A stretch of 63,002 bases of DNA, counting the filler, from Octopus bimaculoides (Eukaryota): assembly GCF_001194135.2 (NCBI RefSeq). It is 7 parts of 7 records of this genome, joined end to end, with 100 filler letters (N's around TTAATTAATTAA, not from the genome) between each part and the next. Parts side by side here need not be neighbours in the genome. Positions count along the whole stretch, not along the records: positions 1 to 12,812 come from NC_068999.1; positions 12,913 to 26,767 come from NC_068985.1; 5 more parts are not named here. One strand, given 5' to 3'. Below are positions 1-14,298 of the stretch, one piece after another. A program made the translations under genes and the position numbers. The notes under the pieces were generated by a model. That model made no database searches and had not been told where the DNA came from. It saw only the letters and a program-made list of their open reading frames with translations. Position 1 is the stretch's first letter; each line of letters opens with the position of its first letter.

Positions 1-352
1 GTCGCTTACGACGACGAGTGTTCCAGTTGATCCGATCAACGGAACAGCTTGCTCGTGAAATTAACGTGCAAGTGGCTGAGCACTCCACAGACACGTGTAC
101 CCTTAACGTAGTTCTCGGGGATATTCAGCGTGACACAGTGTGACAAGGCTGACCCTTTGAAATACAGGTACAACAGAAACAGGATGAAAGAGTGAAAGAA
201 AGTTGTGGTGAAAGAGTACAGCAGGGTTCGCCACCATCCCCTGTCGGAGCCTCGTGGAGCTTTAGGTGTTTTCGCTCACTAAACACTCACAACGCCCGGT
301 CTGGGAATCGAAACCGCGATCCTATGACCGCGAGTCCGCTGCCCTAACCACT
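1..352 (-). mobile_element. tRNA-derived SINE (family A), missing ~20 nt of its 5' end
   Basis: Minus strand reads AGTGGTTAG (A box) ... GGTTTCGATTCCC (B box). Colinear with the full copies at 53070-53451 and 58909-59288. Confidence 0.9.
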
Positions 353-375
353 ATATATATATATATACACACATA

Positions 376-997
376 CAGGGTGTCCCAAAAGACACTGATA
401 GGTTTCAATTTTTAATAACTTCCTTAACTTCACAAATAAATGCATGAAATTTTGATACAATATAAAAAACATAATAGAAATTAATATGCACAGGTCCAAT
501 TTTGCAACACCACTACATCACATATGAAAAGTGACATTGCTTAAATAGCAGCCATTTTCGGCGTTGCGCACCCGGGCTCTTTCCAAAACTTACACTATAA
601 CACCCTCAAGAGTTTCAGACACAACTTCTCTGAATTCTCTATTGATGTTCTCCTTCAGTTGCATCAGGGTCCCCGGTTTGTTGACATAAACCCTCTCTTT
701 AAGGTAACCCCACAAGAAAAAACCCAGGGTAGTAAAGTCTGGGGTACGTGAAGGCCATCCAAAGTAGACTTCACACATGGTTCCAGTAAGATGGGGTAAC
801 TGTTCCTGCTACAGCAATGTCAACTGGCTGCAATTTAAGCAATGTCATTTTTCGTATGTGATGTATTGGTGTTGCAAAATTTGACTAGTGCATATTAATT
901 TCCATTAAGTCCTTTATATTGTCTCAAAATTTCATGCATTTATTTGTAAAGGTAAGGAAGTAATTAAAAATTGAAGCCCATCAGTGACTTTTGGGAC
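376..997 (-). mobile_element. Tc1/mariner internally deleted element with ~175-bp TIRs
   Basis: TA + CAGGGTGTCCCAAAAG left end. 376-553 is the reverse complement of 826-997. The interior encodes WPSRTPDFTTLGFFLWGYLKERVY, matching the WPPRSPDL..DFFLWG transposase C-terminal motif. The right TIR lacks its last 6 bp. Confidence 0.88.
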
Positions 998-1525
998 TAT
1001 GTTCCCCTCGATGGTTCTTACGATGTCGTTAACCCTCGTTTAATGTCAAATCCAGGCGTTGGTTTTCTTGTCTCACAAGGTGATGCCAAGCATGATTCGT
1101 TCTATTTCCATTGGGCTACAATGAAAGCGTTCATGATGGTAGTGTTGAGAGGCCATCTTCACTGCTGTAAATTATCACTAGCAGGATATAATCGTTGAAG
1201 ATCTTTCTCTTAATTTTCATGGAAGCCTTGGAACTCCTCATGAGATTTTCCACCTTCCCAAAGGCCGCTATTCTTCTCTTTCCAGGAGAAGATTTCCGTT
1301 TTTAACCACAATCTTACTCAGGTAAGCATATCCCTGCTATGGTTTTGCCGTTTCTGGTGATTGGAACTGGTGTAGTGTGCCTGTTGAACATGACTTTAAG
1401 ACAGATCCATTCCTCTTTGGTAGAAGAAGTCTCATTGACTTCTTCAAGTTTCACTTGAAAAGGAAATTGAGAGTGGAGAGTGAAGTGTTGTCCTCGTGGA
1501 TCAACTTTGAAAATGTTTTTCTAAG
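998..1525 (+). mobile_element. L1/Tx1-like LINE ORF2 3' fragment, degenerate
   Basis: SLIDFFKFHLKRKLRVESEVLS resembles the C-terminus of mollusc Tx1-type ORF2. Recognised from memory; the frame is interrupted. Confidence 0.55.
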
Positions 1526-1980
1526 CAGGAGAAAAGAAACATGGCAATTGATAATTTGTAAGCTAGGAAATGGTAATTTGAGGACATTTTTGGCTGCTTT
1601 TTCTAGTACTTCTGTCAATCAAGTAGAGGCCCCTTCCTTGGCTCATGTACAACCTCTGCTAATGAGAAGAACACTGGAATTATAATTTGTCACGCGTCGG
1701 TGGTAGGTGTTTAGGTGGTAGTGGGGTAGGTCAGTTTTAACGGTGGTAGAACAAGAAAGCGAGTGTGACAAAGTGCTCTCCCACTACTGTTGTTGTTTTG
1801 CCAAATTTCAGATTGAAGCAAACAGTATCACAGGATATAAAGATTTGCAAGAATGAGAATAATTTTCTCAATTGTATTAGCGACGTAATTAAGATAAATT
1901 CAGTTTGATTTGGAATCGAAATTGGTTCCAAAATTCAGTTTGAAACTTGTCTAATTGCAATAATAATAATAATAATAATA

Positions 1981-2193
1981 ATCCTTTCTACTATACGTAC
2001 AAAGCTTGAAATTTGGGGTGAGGGGACTAGTTGATTACATCGACTCCAGTGTGTAACTGGTACTTAATTTATTGACTCCAAAAGGATGAAAGGCAAAGTC
2101 GACCTTGGTGGAATTTGAACTCAGAACGTGCAGACGGACTAAATGCTGCTAGGCATTTCGCCTGGCGTGCTAATGATTCCGCCAGCTCCTCAC
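1981..2193 (-). mobile_element. tRNA-derived SINE (family B, Meta-domain-like)
   Basis: Minus strand has a tRNA head (..GTTCTGAGTTCAAATTCC..), a central GCCTTTCATCCTTTTGGAGTCAATAAATTAAGTACCAG block and a (TTA)n tail. A second copy follows immediately. Confidence 0.8.
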
Positions 2194-2228
2194 CTTAATA
2201 ATAATAATAAAAATAATAATAATGATAA

Positions 2229-2450
2229 TCATCCTTTCTATTATAGGCACACATCCTGGATTTTGTGGACAGGGGGACAGTGAATTACATTGGCCCCCAG
2301 TAGTACTCAACTGGTACTTAATTTACCGACTCTGAAAGGGTGAACGGCAAAGTCAACCCCGGCGGAATTTGAACTCAGAACGTAGAGGCAGATGACTTGC
2401 CACTAAACATTTTTCCTGGCGTGGTAATGATTCTGTCGCCTTGCTGACTT
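2229..2450 (-). mobile_element. tRNA-derived SINE (family B), second tandem copy
   Basis: Colinear with 1981-2193; (TAA)n lies between the copies. Confidence 0.8.
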
Positions 2451-2595
2451 AATATTCGCATTAATAAAGGGTTACATGTGCTCCCCTTTACATTGTATAG
2501 TTCTCCCTCTTGAAATCCATCAAATGAAATGATGCTGGACACAGAATTTTGTCGTCTTCTTTGCTTACGTATTCTCCCATATTTTCATTATTGGT

Positions 2596-2991
2596 GGTGA
2601 TGTTGTTATTTTGTTGCGTTGGCGTTTTGTTGTTGATGATGCTGTTGTTGCACTTTTCGCCGACGTCATTGTTTTTATCGCAGATATTATTATTTATCAT
2701 TATTATAATTGTTGTTGCTATTATTGTTGTAGCGGTTATTGTTGTTATCATTGTTATTATTATTATTATTATTATTATAATCGTTGTTGTTAGTTATTGT
2801 TGTAGCTCTTATTATTATTATTAAAACCGTTTTTATTACTGTTGTTATTGTTGTAGCTGTTATTGCTATTGTTGTTATTATTAGTCAACAGCTAATTACA
2901 ATGTTATTTACATCCATTCTTCAAATTTGTTTGTTTTTGTTTAATATTCTCAGCAAAACTCCTGTTGTTTTTATTTCTCCCCTCTGTTCTT

Positions 2992-3054
<63 letters not shown>

Positions 3055-3257
3055 GTGTGTGTGTTGTGTTGTGTTTTGTTGTCTTCAGTCGTTTACGAGG
3101 CTGGTGTTGGTGGTGGTGGTGTTTCAGATTAACAAAGAGTCAATAATTTATGAGACTGTTTCGCTTAGAAGATTAACAACAATATAACAGCAATAATAAT
3201 AACCATGTCAACAACAACAACAACGTTTCCTTTGTAATAATAATAATAATAATAATG

Positions 3258-3300
<43 letters not shown>

Positions 3301-3660
3301 TAATAATAATAATAATAATAATATTGATAACAGCGACGAGAAAGTTAAAACGTATTGATTTATTGGTCTACAGTAGCAATTTAGAGATTAGTAAACTGTC
3401 AGAATGTCGTTTGTATCATCATCATCACCACCAGCATCGTCACTCCTCTCTAATACCGTGATCATCATCATCATCATCGTCGTCATCATCGTCACCATTA
3501 CCACCACCACCACCATCATCTTTTTGTTGTTATCCAAATCATTTATTAAAAATACAAAAAAATAATTACTATTATTTATATTATTGTTGTCGTCATCATC
3601 ATCATCATCATTATCATTATCGTCATCGTCATCGATGTCATTATTATTGTCGTTGTTGAT
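2596..3660. repeat. Compound degenerate microsatellite field (TGT/TAT, TG, TAA, CAT)
   Basis: Direct reading: (TG)n 2996-3051, (TAA)n 3237-3322, (CAT/CGT)n 3415-3630. Confidence 0.95.
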
Positions 3661-3959
3661 GCAATTGTTATTTCTGGTCAGTGTGAGAGTTTTATGTTTT
3701 TTTTCTTCTTCTTCTTGCCGCTCTGTAAGTTGCAAGAAAATATAATTATGTTTAGTTTTCCTTTCAGAGATGTGTTTTTTTTTTCTTGGTTCTTTTGATC
3801 TGTTTTGTTGCAGTCCACAACTGCAAAGAATTGATCGTTTCGTTTATTCTCGTCCTATCTAAAAAAAAAACAAAAAAACTAACCTGCTCTCCGGGGAAAA
3901 AAAGAAAAATCAAATTTATTAACCATCAAAATGGAAGATATTTCGAACGGAAACTTCCA

Positions 3960-4560
3960 CTCCGAATGCTCATTTCCGCTAATCCTGGGATAAAGAAAGA
4001 AAGATAATCAGATTCCACTCTCTCTTACTTCAAAGAGCAAGACTAATTTTGGTAAGAAATTCCTGGCTTATTTAGTTAAGCATTTCTCGGTTAATAATAC
4101 ATTCAGAGAAATTTTCAACAACTATAATTGTAGTTCCAACGTAAAGGCAAACATCATCAACAAATCTCTTAGGTATAACAAACCGAGATGTTCATGTCAG
4201 AAGACAGATATGCTTATCGCTTAGATGAGGGATGCAATATAAAATTAGTTGTGCATGGAGCCAAACTGACCTCCAATGAGATAGGGGGAAAAAAGAATCT
4301 AGTACAGTTGGTGGTGAATTTTCACAACTACCAAATATCCTTCAAACACTACAAAAGCAAAGTCGAAGAGAAATTAAAGCAACATTTTTACAAGCACAGA
4401 ATACCGAAAAGAATAATTCCATGAAACCAGCCAGTCTCATCAGGAAAATAAGGAATGTAATGCTTGCTACTACGTCAAATAGATTGTCTTGGAAAGGTAA
4501 AAAGCTGTACATCAACGAATCAAGTAAATGTAGGCTTTGCACATTCAGTGAGGGTCCACA
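3960..4560 (+). mobile_element. Penelope-like element, degenerate linker/GIY-YIG region
   Basis: Translated pieces KTNFGKKFLAYLVKHF, FHNYQISFKHYKSK and KCRLC match Penelope motifs of the type KTNVGKKFL..IDKHF, RYNNHKSSF and RCNLC. Confidence 0.65.
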
Positions 4561-4697
4561 ATTCATATAAAAAATAAAAACAGAAAGAAATAACAATCTG
4601 CAACATAAGATATGAAATATTTATTAGGTGCCCCCACCCCACACGAAGTAAAATATATTGTGAGCCAAGTGAAAATTCCATCTTCAACTGACTAATC

Positions 4698-4793
4698 TTT
4701 CATACACTGTCTCCTTTCTGTCTTTCACACACTGTCTCCTTTCTGTCTTTCACACACTGTCTCCTTTCTGTCTTTCATACACTGTCTCCTTTC
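4698..4793. repeat. 25-bp minisatellite, ~3.8 copies
   Basis: CTTTCA(T/C)ACACTGTCTCCTTTCTGT repeated in tandem. Confidence 0.95.
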
Positions 4794-5539
4794 TACATGT
4801 TTGTTAGTATCTCTTATCGGGACTATGCGTATATGGATATATGTACACGGCCCATCAGGATTATGTATATATGGATATATACATATTACATATAAATGTA
4901 TATTTGTGTGTGTGCAAGCGTATGCGTGTTCATACATTCCAAAGTCATCCCGTTCTTTTACAAATATGATGTTTTTCACTCACAGAGCCTAAGCGATTTG
5001 GTTTGACTTTTAAGGTTCCTCAACCCCTTAAACAATCTCACGTTTTAACAATCTCTGCTTTTCTTTTTGTGATTTGTTGATGAAGTGAAAAAAGGGCAGA
5101 ATTTTTCAATACAATCGACGAAACTTAAATATCTGTTTCATTGTCCTTAAGGAACCACTCCTAACTCTCTATAGAAATTAAGGTTTCGTAGAAAATTAAC
5201 CATTCAGTATCAGTGGGAACACACACGGACACACACACCCACCTTTGCACCCACACGTCCGCACGCATACAGGCATGTATGTTTTATGTTATGTAATATC
5301 TACATATATCTTGTGTGAATGTGTGTGTGTGTTTGTACAGCTGATTTGAATTCGTTCAAAAGATTTTAGCCGTCAACATAGAAGTTGACTTCATTTTTTG
5401 AACCAATCGTGATGGGTATAAATTTATGTATATGTATATGTGTATGTGCGCGTCTCTCTCTCTCTCTCTCTGTATGTGTGTGTGGTTGTGTGTGCGTGTG
5501 CATATCTTTATGAATTTGCAATTTCATTTGTATGTATAT

Positions 5540-6570
<1,031 letters not shown>

Positions 6571-9500
6571 ATAGATAGAAAAAACATACATACACTATGT
6601 GTATATACATGTAGAAAAGTGTGTGTAGACAAACAGCCGGATTTTAACGTGAGTTAAAGTAAACAATAATCACTCTCGTGTTTGAAAGCTATCGATGATA
6701 TCATTGCAGATAAATTATGGAAAGATGATAACACATATTGGACTATCAATAAGTGTCTGTCTACAGCTGCTCTCACTTTAAAACAACACTGGAGAGATAC
6801 CTGCAGTAAACGTGGTAATGAAATTACTCAACACGATGCACCGAGTGAATAATAAACTTCCTGGAATTTATCGATAAAATGTACCGCACAATCGGATATT
6901 TAGTGCCGATTATAAGGTGAGAGTTATATATGTTAAGTGGTATGAATCTTGTGGGTTCGTTCGAGGTGGGGAAAGGACAGCATGTTGTATCCTTGAGCAA
7001 GGTTTTTCATTTTATATTGCTTCTGTCAACTCCACAGAATTATAGTACCATCTTAGTTCTGCAGCAAACCTTTCTTCTTCCAACAGTGACATCTTCGGTC
7101 TTCCCTTCGTTCAAATGGTGGTGGTGGTGGTAGTGAGGAGCCATGATAATGTTTATGTCTGCCCAAGACTAAATAAAAACCCTAAAACAACAGTTTGCAA
7201 GCGACGGGAATTAAAGAATATGTTGTCCACCCACAAACTGCACATGAAGAATCTAGTTCAAATGTGTGGAGTTCTACCCTTCGTGCTTTCATGTGTAATA
7301 AAATCTACCCAACGCCCACCTATAATATACACTCACTCACACACACTAATTTTATGTGTATATGTATGTGCATAAGAATGAATTTCCATCAGTTTTTATC
7401 GATGATTATTTGAATGTTTGATCAACGGAATAATCTGCTCATTAAAGTAACCAAAAGTGGTTGAATAATATTGTAACAAAAAAATTCTATAGCAATTAGG
7501 ACTGAAATTCCAATCTAAGAAAAGTTTCCGTTCTACAATATTCTTAAAGGAATGAAAAATTATCCAGCAACACAGGCTAATATGAACTTCAACCTAGTTA
7601 AACTCACCATGATAGTTCACTAACCACTACACACACATTTTTTGCTCTCCTTGTTTCTTTCTGTGTTCGTTTCTATGGAAGAGCATCGGCTCGAAACGTT
7701 AAAGACTTTTTCAATTCCCGAGTGTTATACTAATACATCTGTTTATTTTCTACACCACCTGTCTTCGTCTTTTGTTTTTTTTTGTGGATTCTCCCTATAT
7801 ATATCACACGCTCACGTAGTCTCACCAGTTGATCCTGTCTCTTCTCATCACCCACGAACTTCTCCACTTTACGAATTCTCTTTTGGACTCTCTACACTCC
7901 GGCTGCACCTCTCCTGCCTATGGATTTCTCTGGACTCTTCTATTAAATAAGATATGGCTTGGGTCAACTTCGGCCGAAACTCATTTAAGTATATATATAT
8001 NNNNNNNNNNNNNNNNNNNNNNNNNNNNNNNNNNNNNNNNNNNNNNNNNNNNNNNNNNNNNNNNNNNNNNNNNNNNNNNNNNNNNNNNNNNNNNNNNNNN
8101 NNNNNNNNNNNNNNNNNNNNNNNNNNNNNNNNNNNNNNNNNNNNNNNNNNNNNNNNNNNNNNNNNNNNNNNNNNNNNNNNNNNNNNNNNNNNNNNNNNNN
8201 NNNNNNNNNNNNNNNNNNNNNNNNNNNNNNNNNNNNNNNNNNNNNNNNNNNNNNNNNNNNNNNNNNNNNNNNNNNNNNNNNNNNNNNNNNNNNNNNNNNN
8301 NNNNNNNNNNNNNNNNNNNNNNNNNNNNNNNNNNNNNNNNNNNNNNNNNNNNNNNNNNNNNNNNNNNNNNNNNNNNNNNNNNNNNNNNNNNNNNNNNNNN
8401 NNNNNNNNNNNNNNNNNNNNNNNNNNNNNNNNNNNNNNNNNNNNNNNNNNNNNNNNNNNNNNNNNNNNNNNNNNNNNNNNNNNNNNNNNNNNNNNNNNNN
8501 NNNNNNNNNNNNNNNNNNNNNNNNNNNNNNNNNNNNNNNNNNNNNNNNNNNNNNNNNNNNNNNNNNNNNNNNNNNNNNNNNNNNNNNNNNNNNNNNNNNN
8601 NNNNNNNNNNNNNNNNNNNNNNNNNNNNNNNNNNNNNNNNNNNNNNNNNNNNNNNNNNNNNNNNNNNNNNNNNNNNNNNNNNNNNNNNNNNNNNNNNNNN
8701 NGAAAGGAAAGAGAAAGAGATAGAGTAGCGTCGGAGGATAAGTTTACGAAAACTACTTACAATTTTTGTGAGACGCTGCGTTCAATCATGTAAAAACAAA
8801 AGTAAATCAGTATATGCATATATACGTACAGGTATGTGCATACCGACATCCACCTGTATGTATAGGTGCATATCTGGGTACAGGACATTGCAAACAAACG
8901 TAGACGAGAACACACGAGCCACATAGAGAACATTCATATATATACATATATATATATATATTACATTAAAAATGAACTTTAATCTAGCTTGCTTGCAATG
9001 TTACACAGCCAAACTGGCGCATAATGGAAAGATACTACGAATTAAGATCCCCTGAAGTGTGAATACAGACGGAATGAGCTTCACGTAAATCGGATATTGG
9101 CGGTTTGGGAGGATAAATACCCAAAACGGTGTATAATGGGAAAATACTCCGAAAATAACTTAACCCTGAAAGGGAAGAAACTCTAACCTTTTGATTAGAC
9201 ACACTATGATGAACAAAAGTCTTATTGACTGGCCAACAAAAAAGTACGAGTTGCTTTTTTACAATAAATGTTTCTATTTTCGCTTTCGTTAAACAGTATT
9301 TTAATAATTTACAAATATTTTTAAAGTGAATCTAATTTCAAAACTGTAAGTTGTTTGTACAGAAAGTATTTATATTTCGTCTTTCTTTAAACATACAATA
9401 TTTTAATCTTTTTAAAAATTATTTTCAAGTGAATACCATTGCAAAAAATTTTTTCGGCACATTCAAAAAATATTTCAAAGGTAAATATTTTGTAACAGAC

Positions 9501-10824
9501 CCGTTCATAAACATTATGGCTACATGAAACTCAAAACTCATATCAGGGTAAGTCACTGTAAACATTATTATAAAGTTTAAAATAAAAATTATTCCCCCAA
9601 AAAAGCCATCTCTATTCATGCTTTCGAATATATATAATACTGTATCAAGAACCTTCTGTTATTTTACTACATACACACACACATATATACATATCATAAA
9701 TATTAAATAATATATGTATATGGGTACAAGACATCACCAACGGTGCAAGTAACACGAAATACGTAAACAAACGAAAGCACAACTTTAAAACACATTTACC
9801 CAATGTACAACCGTATCGATAAATATATTCCATAAGTAAATTACAACCAACTCATAAATACATAACTAAAAAGCAACAACTCTTTTAAGTCATACAAAAA
9901 TTATAATCCTTACCGTCTTCCGTAGTGTAATAGCAGCAAGACTTCCGTCCGTCTTCCTCCAAAAACCATCCTTTTTTTAAAAATTTGTTTTTTTTTTCGA
10001 CACAAATACCCCCTTTTCGGCTACGGGGAATACGAATCTGCGCAAAAATTGGTATTTTTAAATTACCACCCCACTTTCCTTCTTTCTTTTTTCAGAATTT
10101 TTTTTTTTTTTTNNNNNNNNNNNNNNNNNNNNNNNNNNNNNNNNNNNNNNNNNNNNNNNNNNNNNNNNNNNNNNNNNNNNNNNNNNNNNNNNNNNNNNNN
10201 NNNNNNNNNNNNNNNNNNNNNNNNNNNNNNNNNNNNNNNNNNNNNNNNNNNNNNNNNNNNNNNNNNNNNNNNNNNNNNNNNNNNNNNNNNNNNNNNNAAA
10301 AAAAAAAAAAAAAAAATAAATAAAATAAATTTTGGAGAAAATGATAGGGGGAGGGGACGGGCGGAAATCTTTCTATAAAAGCTTAATAACCACATTATTT
10401 CAATCAATCAATTTATAGGCAGCGTTGAACACTAACCTTACTAAAACTACAAGAGACATTTAAACCAATGCACATTGTATCGGTATTAACAGTAAACTCC
10501 AATAACTAAATTATACGCTAAATTGGGGTCCATCTTTAAGTCCAATAAATAATAATCCTCCCGGTCCTCTAGAGATAGTACTCTACTGAAAGTTCAAACC
10601 TAATAACATTTTTTCCAAAACAAAACACAGTTGAAATTAATTTAACTAATATTTTTATGATTGAAATACATTATTTCATAATTCAAAAGTTAATTATAAA
10701 ACACTACAAACTCATTAATATATCACCACTACAAGCTATAATATACACTTAAATTTCATTAAATAGGAACTAATTAAAGTACTTGTAATGAACTCATGTT
10801 ATAAATCTCGCTATGTTTAAAGCT

Positions 10825-10891
10825 AATAAAACTGTTTAAAAGAAAATAAAACTGTTTAAAAGAAAATAAAACTGTTTAAAAGAGAATAAAA
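10825..10891. repeat. 20-bp tandem repeat, ~3 copies
   Basis: AATAAAACTGTTTAAAAGAA x3. Confidence 0.9.
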
Positions 10892-11249
10892 CCACAAGTA
10901 TTGAAACTACTAGCATTAAAACACTTACATGTTTAACTAAACGCCGATTGCTCACCAAGAATTTAAAGAACCTTTAAATATTGATGGCGTAGTGCGCAAT
11001 TACCACTTTCTCAATTGTCTCAATACCAATGACGTAGTAAGCAAATAACTCGAATCGTAAACCTTCAAATATATTTGCATACACTCACATATTCTAGACT
11101 ACCCGTGACCCGCTGGGTCACCAACAATTCAAGGTACCCGAAATCCGTGATCCAGTTTACTCGAAACAGAGTAACTCACTGTAAACATTATTATTAATAT
11201 TAAAATAAAAAAATTATCTCCTCAAAAAATCTACCTCTACTCATTCTTT

Positions 11250-11284
<35 letters not shown>

Positions 11285-12812
11285 TCAGATATGTTTCGAC
11301 CAAAGATTGGTCCAGGCCAAGTCTAATTTAATAGCACCACCTGATAGGATTATTTAAATCCTTTTAAAATCAAGTTTTGTGGTATCATGGTCCATTCAAG
11401 TAGTGAGTTCTTGTTGAGTGAGTTGTATTCAGGTATGGGTGGTTTATCTAGTATACCTTGAAGAAATTTGTCCAGACTCCGTTTAAAGGTGATGGGATCC
11501 TTTTCCTCTTTGATCAGTTTTGGGACAATGTTAAACAGGGCAGGGCCTGTTGAGGAAAAGAGATTATATCGCAGTGTATCTATGTGTCGTGATCCTGATT
11601 TAGGCAAGGGACTATGGCCCATGGTCCCAGCCTTGGATGAACCTTGAAGCTAATGTTCAGTTCGTTTGGGCAATGCTGGCAGTATATTCTCCACATCGTG
11701 CAAATGATGTACCGCTCGCGGCGGCGCTGGAGAGAGTAGAGTTTCAAGGCTTTAATGCGGTCCCAGTAATCGAGATCAGTCATGCCCTTAATTCGTTTAG
11801 CGAATGCCCTCTGGGGTGATTCAATTTTCGAGATGTTTTGTTTTGTATGGGGAGACCACAAGAGGTAGCAGTATTCGAGGTGCGGCCGTACAAAGGAGGA
11901 GAAAAGTGGAATGAGGACACCCTGTTTCTCTGAACCGGAAGGTTCTTAAGATCCAGGAGCTCATCCAACGAGCTAAATCGACCTTATTGTTGATGTGGGC
12001 ACTCCAACTGAGATTGTTATCAACAAGTACTCTTAAGTCTCTGATTTTATTAGATGCTGTGAGCGGTTCCCTTGAAGGAAGAGAGTATGGCTGTTTTAGT
12101 ATAGTCTTTCTCCCAAAATGCATCAGCTCAAATTTTCCCTCGTTTAGTTTCATTTTGTTTTTGTCTTCCCATTGACTCACAGCATATAGATCAGATTGGA
12201 GTTGGGTTCGGTGTTCTTCTTCATTGATGATTTACCGAAGCTTAGTGTCATCAGCAAATATTTTCACTTTACCGTGTTTTACAATGCTGGAAAGGTCGTT
12301 TATGTAGATTATAAAGAGGAGCAAGCCCAAGACAGTCCCCTGAGGGACACCACTGGTGACTTTTGCTAGGCTTGAGTGGACTCCATCGACCACAACTTCT
12401 TGTGTTCTATTCGCCAAGAAATACTCAAAGAAGTGTAGAAGTTTTCCACGGATTCCAACATTTGCCAATTTTGAGAGCAAGTTATTATGGTCAATCCTGT
12501 CGAACGCTTTACTGCAGACAAGATATATGACATCAGAGTTCGAACCTGGTCCCTAGGCTTTAAGTATATCCTCAATGTGGCGTAAGAGCTTTGTTAGACA
12601 GTCCCTGCCACAACGAAAACCATGCTGGTTTGCATTTAGGAGTTTCTGGATCTCCAGGAAGCCAGCTATCTTTGATCATGCCACTCATTCAAACACTTTA
12701 ATGATGTGGGAGGTGAGTGAGATTGGGCGATAGTTGACTTCGAAGGATGTTTTCCTGTTTGAAAACCGTGATGACAGACTGGGATAGGAGCTGTTTCGGT
12801 AAATAACCTGAG
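11285..12812 (-). mobile_element. CR1/Jockey-group LINE, RT domain through 3' end, inactivated
   Basis: RPISLTS, QHGFR, KAFD, SGVPQGTVLG.LLFIIYINDL, IFADDTKL and WSPH motifs, with stops and frameshifts. The 3' end abuts (TA)n. Confidence 0.92.
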
Positions 12813-12856
12813 NNNNNNNNNNNNNNNNNNNNNNNNNNNNNNNNNNNNNNNNNNNN

Positions 12857-12868
12857 TTAATTAATTAA
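12857..12868. other. Scaffold-join linker TTAATTAATTAA between 44-N pads (also 26812, 32399, 45001, 55951, 61019)
   Basis: The identical 12-mer recurs six times, each time inside N padding. Assembly artefact. Confidence 0.95.
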
Positions 12869-14082
12869 NNNNNNNNNNNNNNNNNNNNNNNNNNNNNNNN
12901 NNNNNNNNNNNNTATACATACATGCATGTCTATATATACATTAATATGGTAGAATGTTAAATGAACGATTACTGCTTTATCTTCATCGAACCTTAATTCC
13001 CTGTGTCCAATAACAGACCGATTACGCACCATTAGTCAAGTCCAATTCGTTCTCTTTGTAGATATTATAAGATGATGCAGCATGTAACTCTGAGTAGCAG
13101 CAACACTATAACAATGTCGAAATGTTTTTATGGGCCAGGCATGGGCAGACTTTTTCGAGAAGTAGACCGCATGGAACATAACTCATCATCAGACTGTTGG
13201 CATTGCTAAACAAAAATTCGAAATAAGTTTTCATGAGGTGTGTCATTTAGAAAGCCCAGCGGGCAATAGATTTCCGACGACTGCTAGAGATATTATTAAG
13301 AGTAAATCTTGAGCAGGTGTCCAGTCCTTGTAGTGTGGTGACTGTTGTATTTAAATGATTCTGTGAACTATATAAGTGAGGCCCAAGGTTTTGGTAGGCC
13401 TCATCCCACAATACTTGATAGAAGCCAGATTAATATTGACAAGGGGCTTTCGCAGAGATCTGTCTTTCACCTACTCTTTTCAAACACACCATACCTTTAC
13501 CCAATGCTATTACATTCATATATTTAAACTATTCTTCAGACACAGCCACACAACAACTTTAGACTGACATAAATAACTTAAAGTCATTCATGTCAGTCTA
13601 AAGTAGAAATACAGAGGCTATTCTACAATTAGGTCCAATCTTTTTTTGTGCTGTGGTGATTCCTGCCAACAGCCAGCAGAGCGAAAGCCCTTGGCAGGGC
13701 TTCCCATACTGGACAGGTCTAAGGATGATAGCTAGACTATTATGGATTACCTCTTCCTAAGATTAAAAATGGGTTTGCGTCGATGTAACCCCTCACCTAG
13801 AAAAAAAAAACTTACAGTAACGTTGATGACAGCTCAAAACCAAGATCTGAGAGAGGATGGCCTTCTTTCTGGGAAGACAACCTAGAGTCGGGAACAGTGG
13901 AGGCGAAGACATCGATGGTCTATACTCCATTGAGAGCATAGGCTCAAGGGCTTTTTTAAGCCCTTGAGCAGTTGTGATTTTCCCCAAATTTATAAAGATA
14001 CTTTCCTTGAGTACACAACATGGCATTCAGGATTCAATGGCTTATGCATATACATGTACGCACACGCACACATGCACACACA

Positions 14083-14132
14083 TTGATATTCTGATGAAGA
14101 CAAACGAACCGAAACTTAGAAGTCACTATCAA
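14083..14132 (+). ncRNA. Type I hammerhead ribozyme-like motif with weak stem II
   Basis: TTGATATT-CTGATGA-agacaaacgaacc-GAAA-CTTAGAAG-TC-ACTATCAA. Stem I is 7/8 paired, stem III is ACTT/AAGT, and the cleavage triplet is GUC. Stem II is barely paired. Confidence 0.5.
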
Positions 14133-14258
14133 CGTTTTCCTTGTAAAAGTTTAATAAATACGCGCCCTACTAGAAAGGTATTGAGTGCTTGTTGAGGTCA
14201 CTGTTAAAATATTTTTATGTTTAAATTGATATTGAACAGAAACATTAATATATGTAAG

Positions 14259-14298
<40 letters not shown>

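Noticed and set aside
2488-3735. ORFs rich in Ile/Val/Asn/Asp/Met
   Set aside because: They are translations of triplet microsatellites with no domain or splice support.
6680-6900. Short open frame (..TYWTINKCLSTAALTLKQH..)
   Set aside because: Only vague resemblance to an R4-type LINE N-terminal region; insufficient for a call.
9420-11260. Related segments 9530-9630 and 11170-11255 framing an AT-rich block
   Set aside because: Probably an unclassified repeat, but I could not define termini, TSDs or coding motifs.
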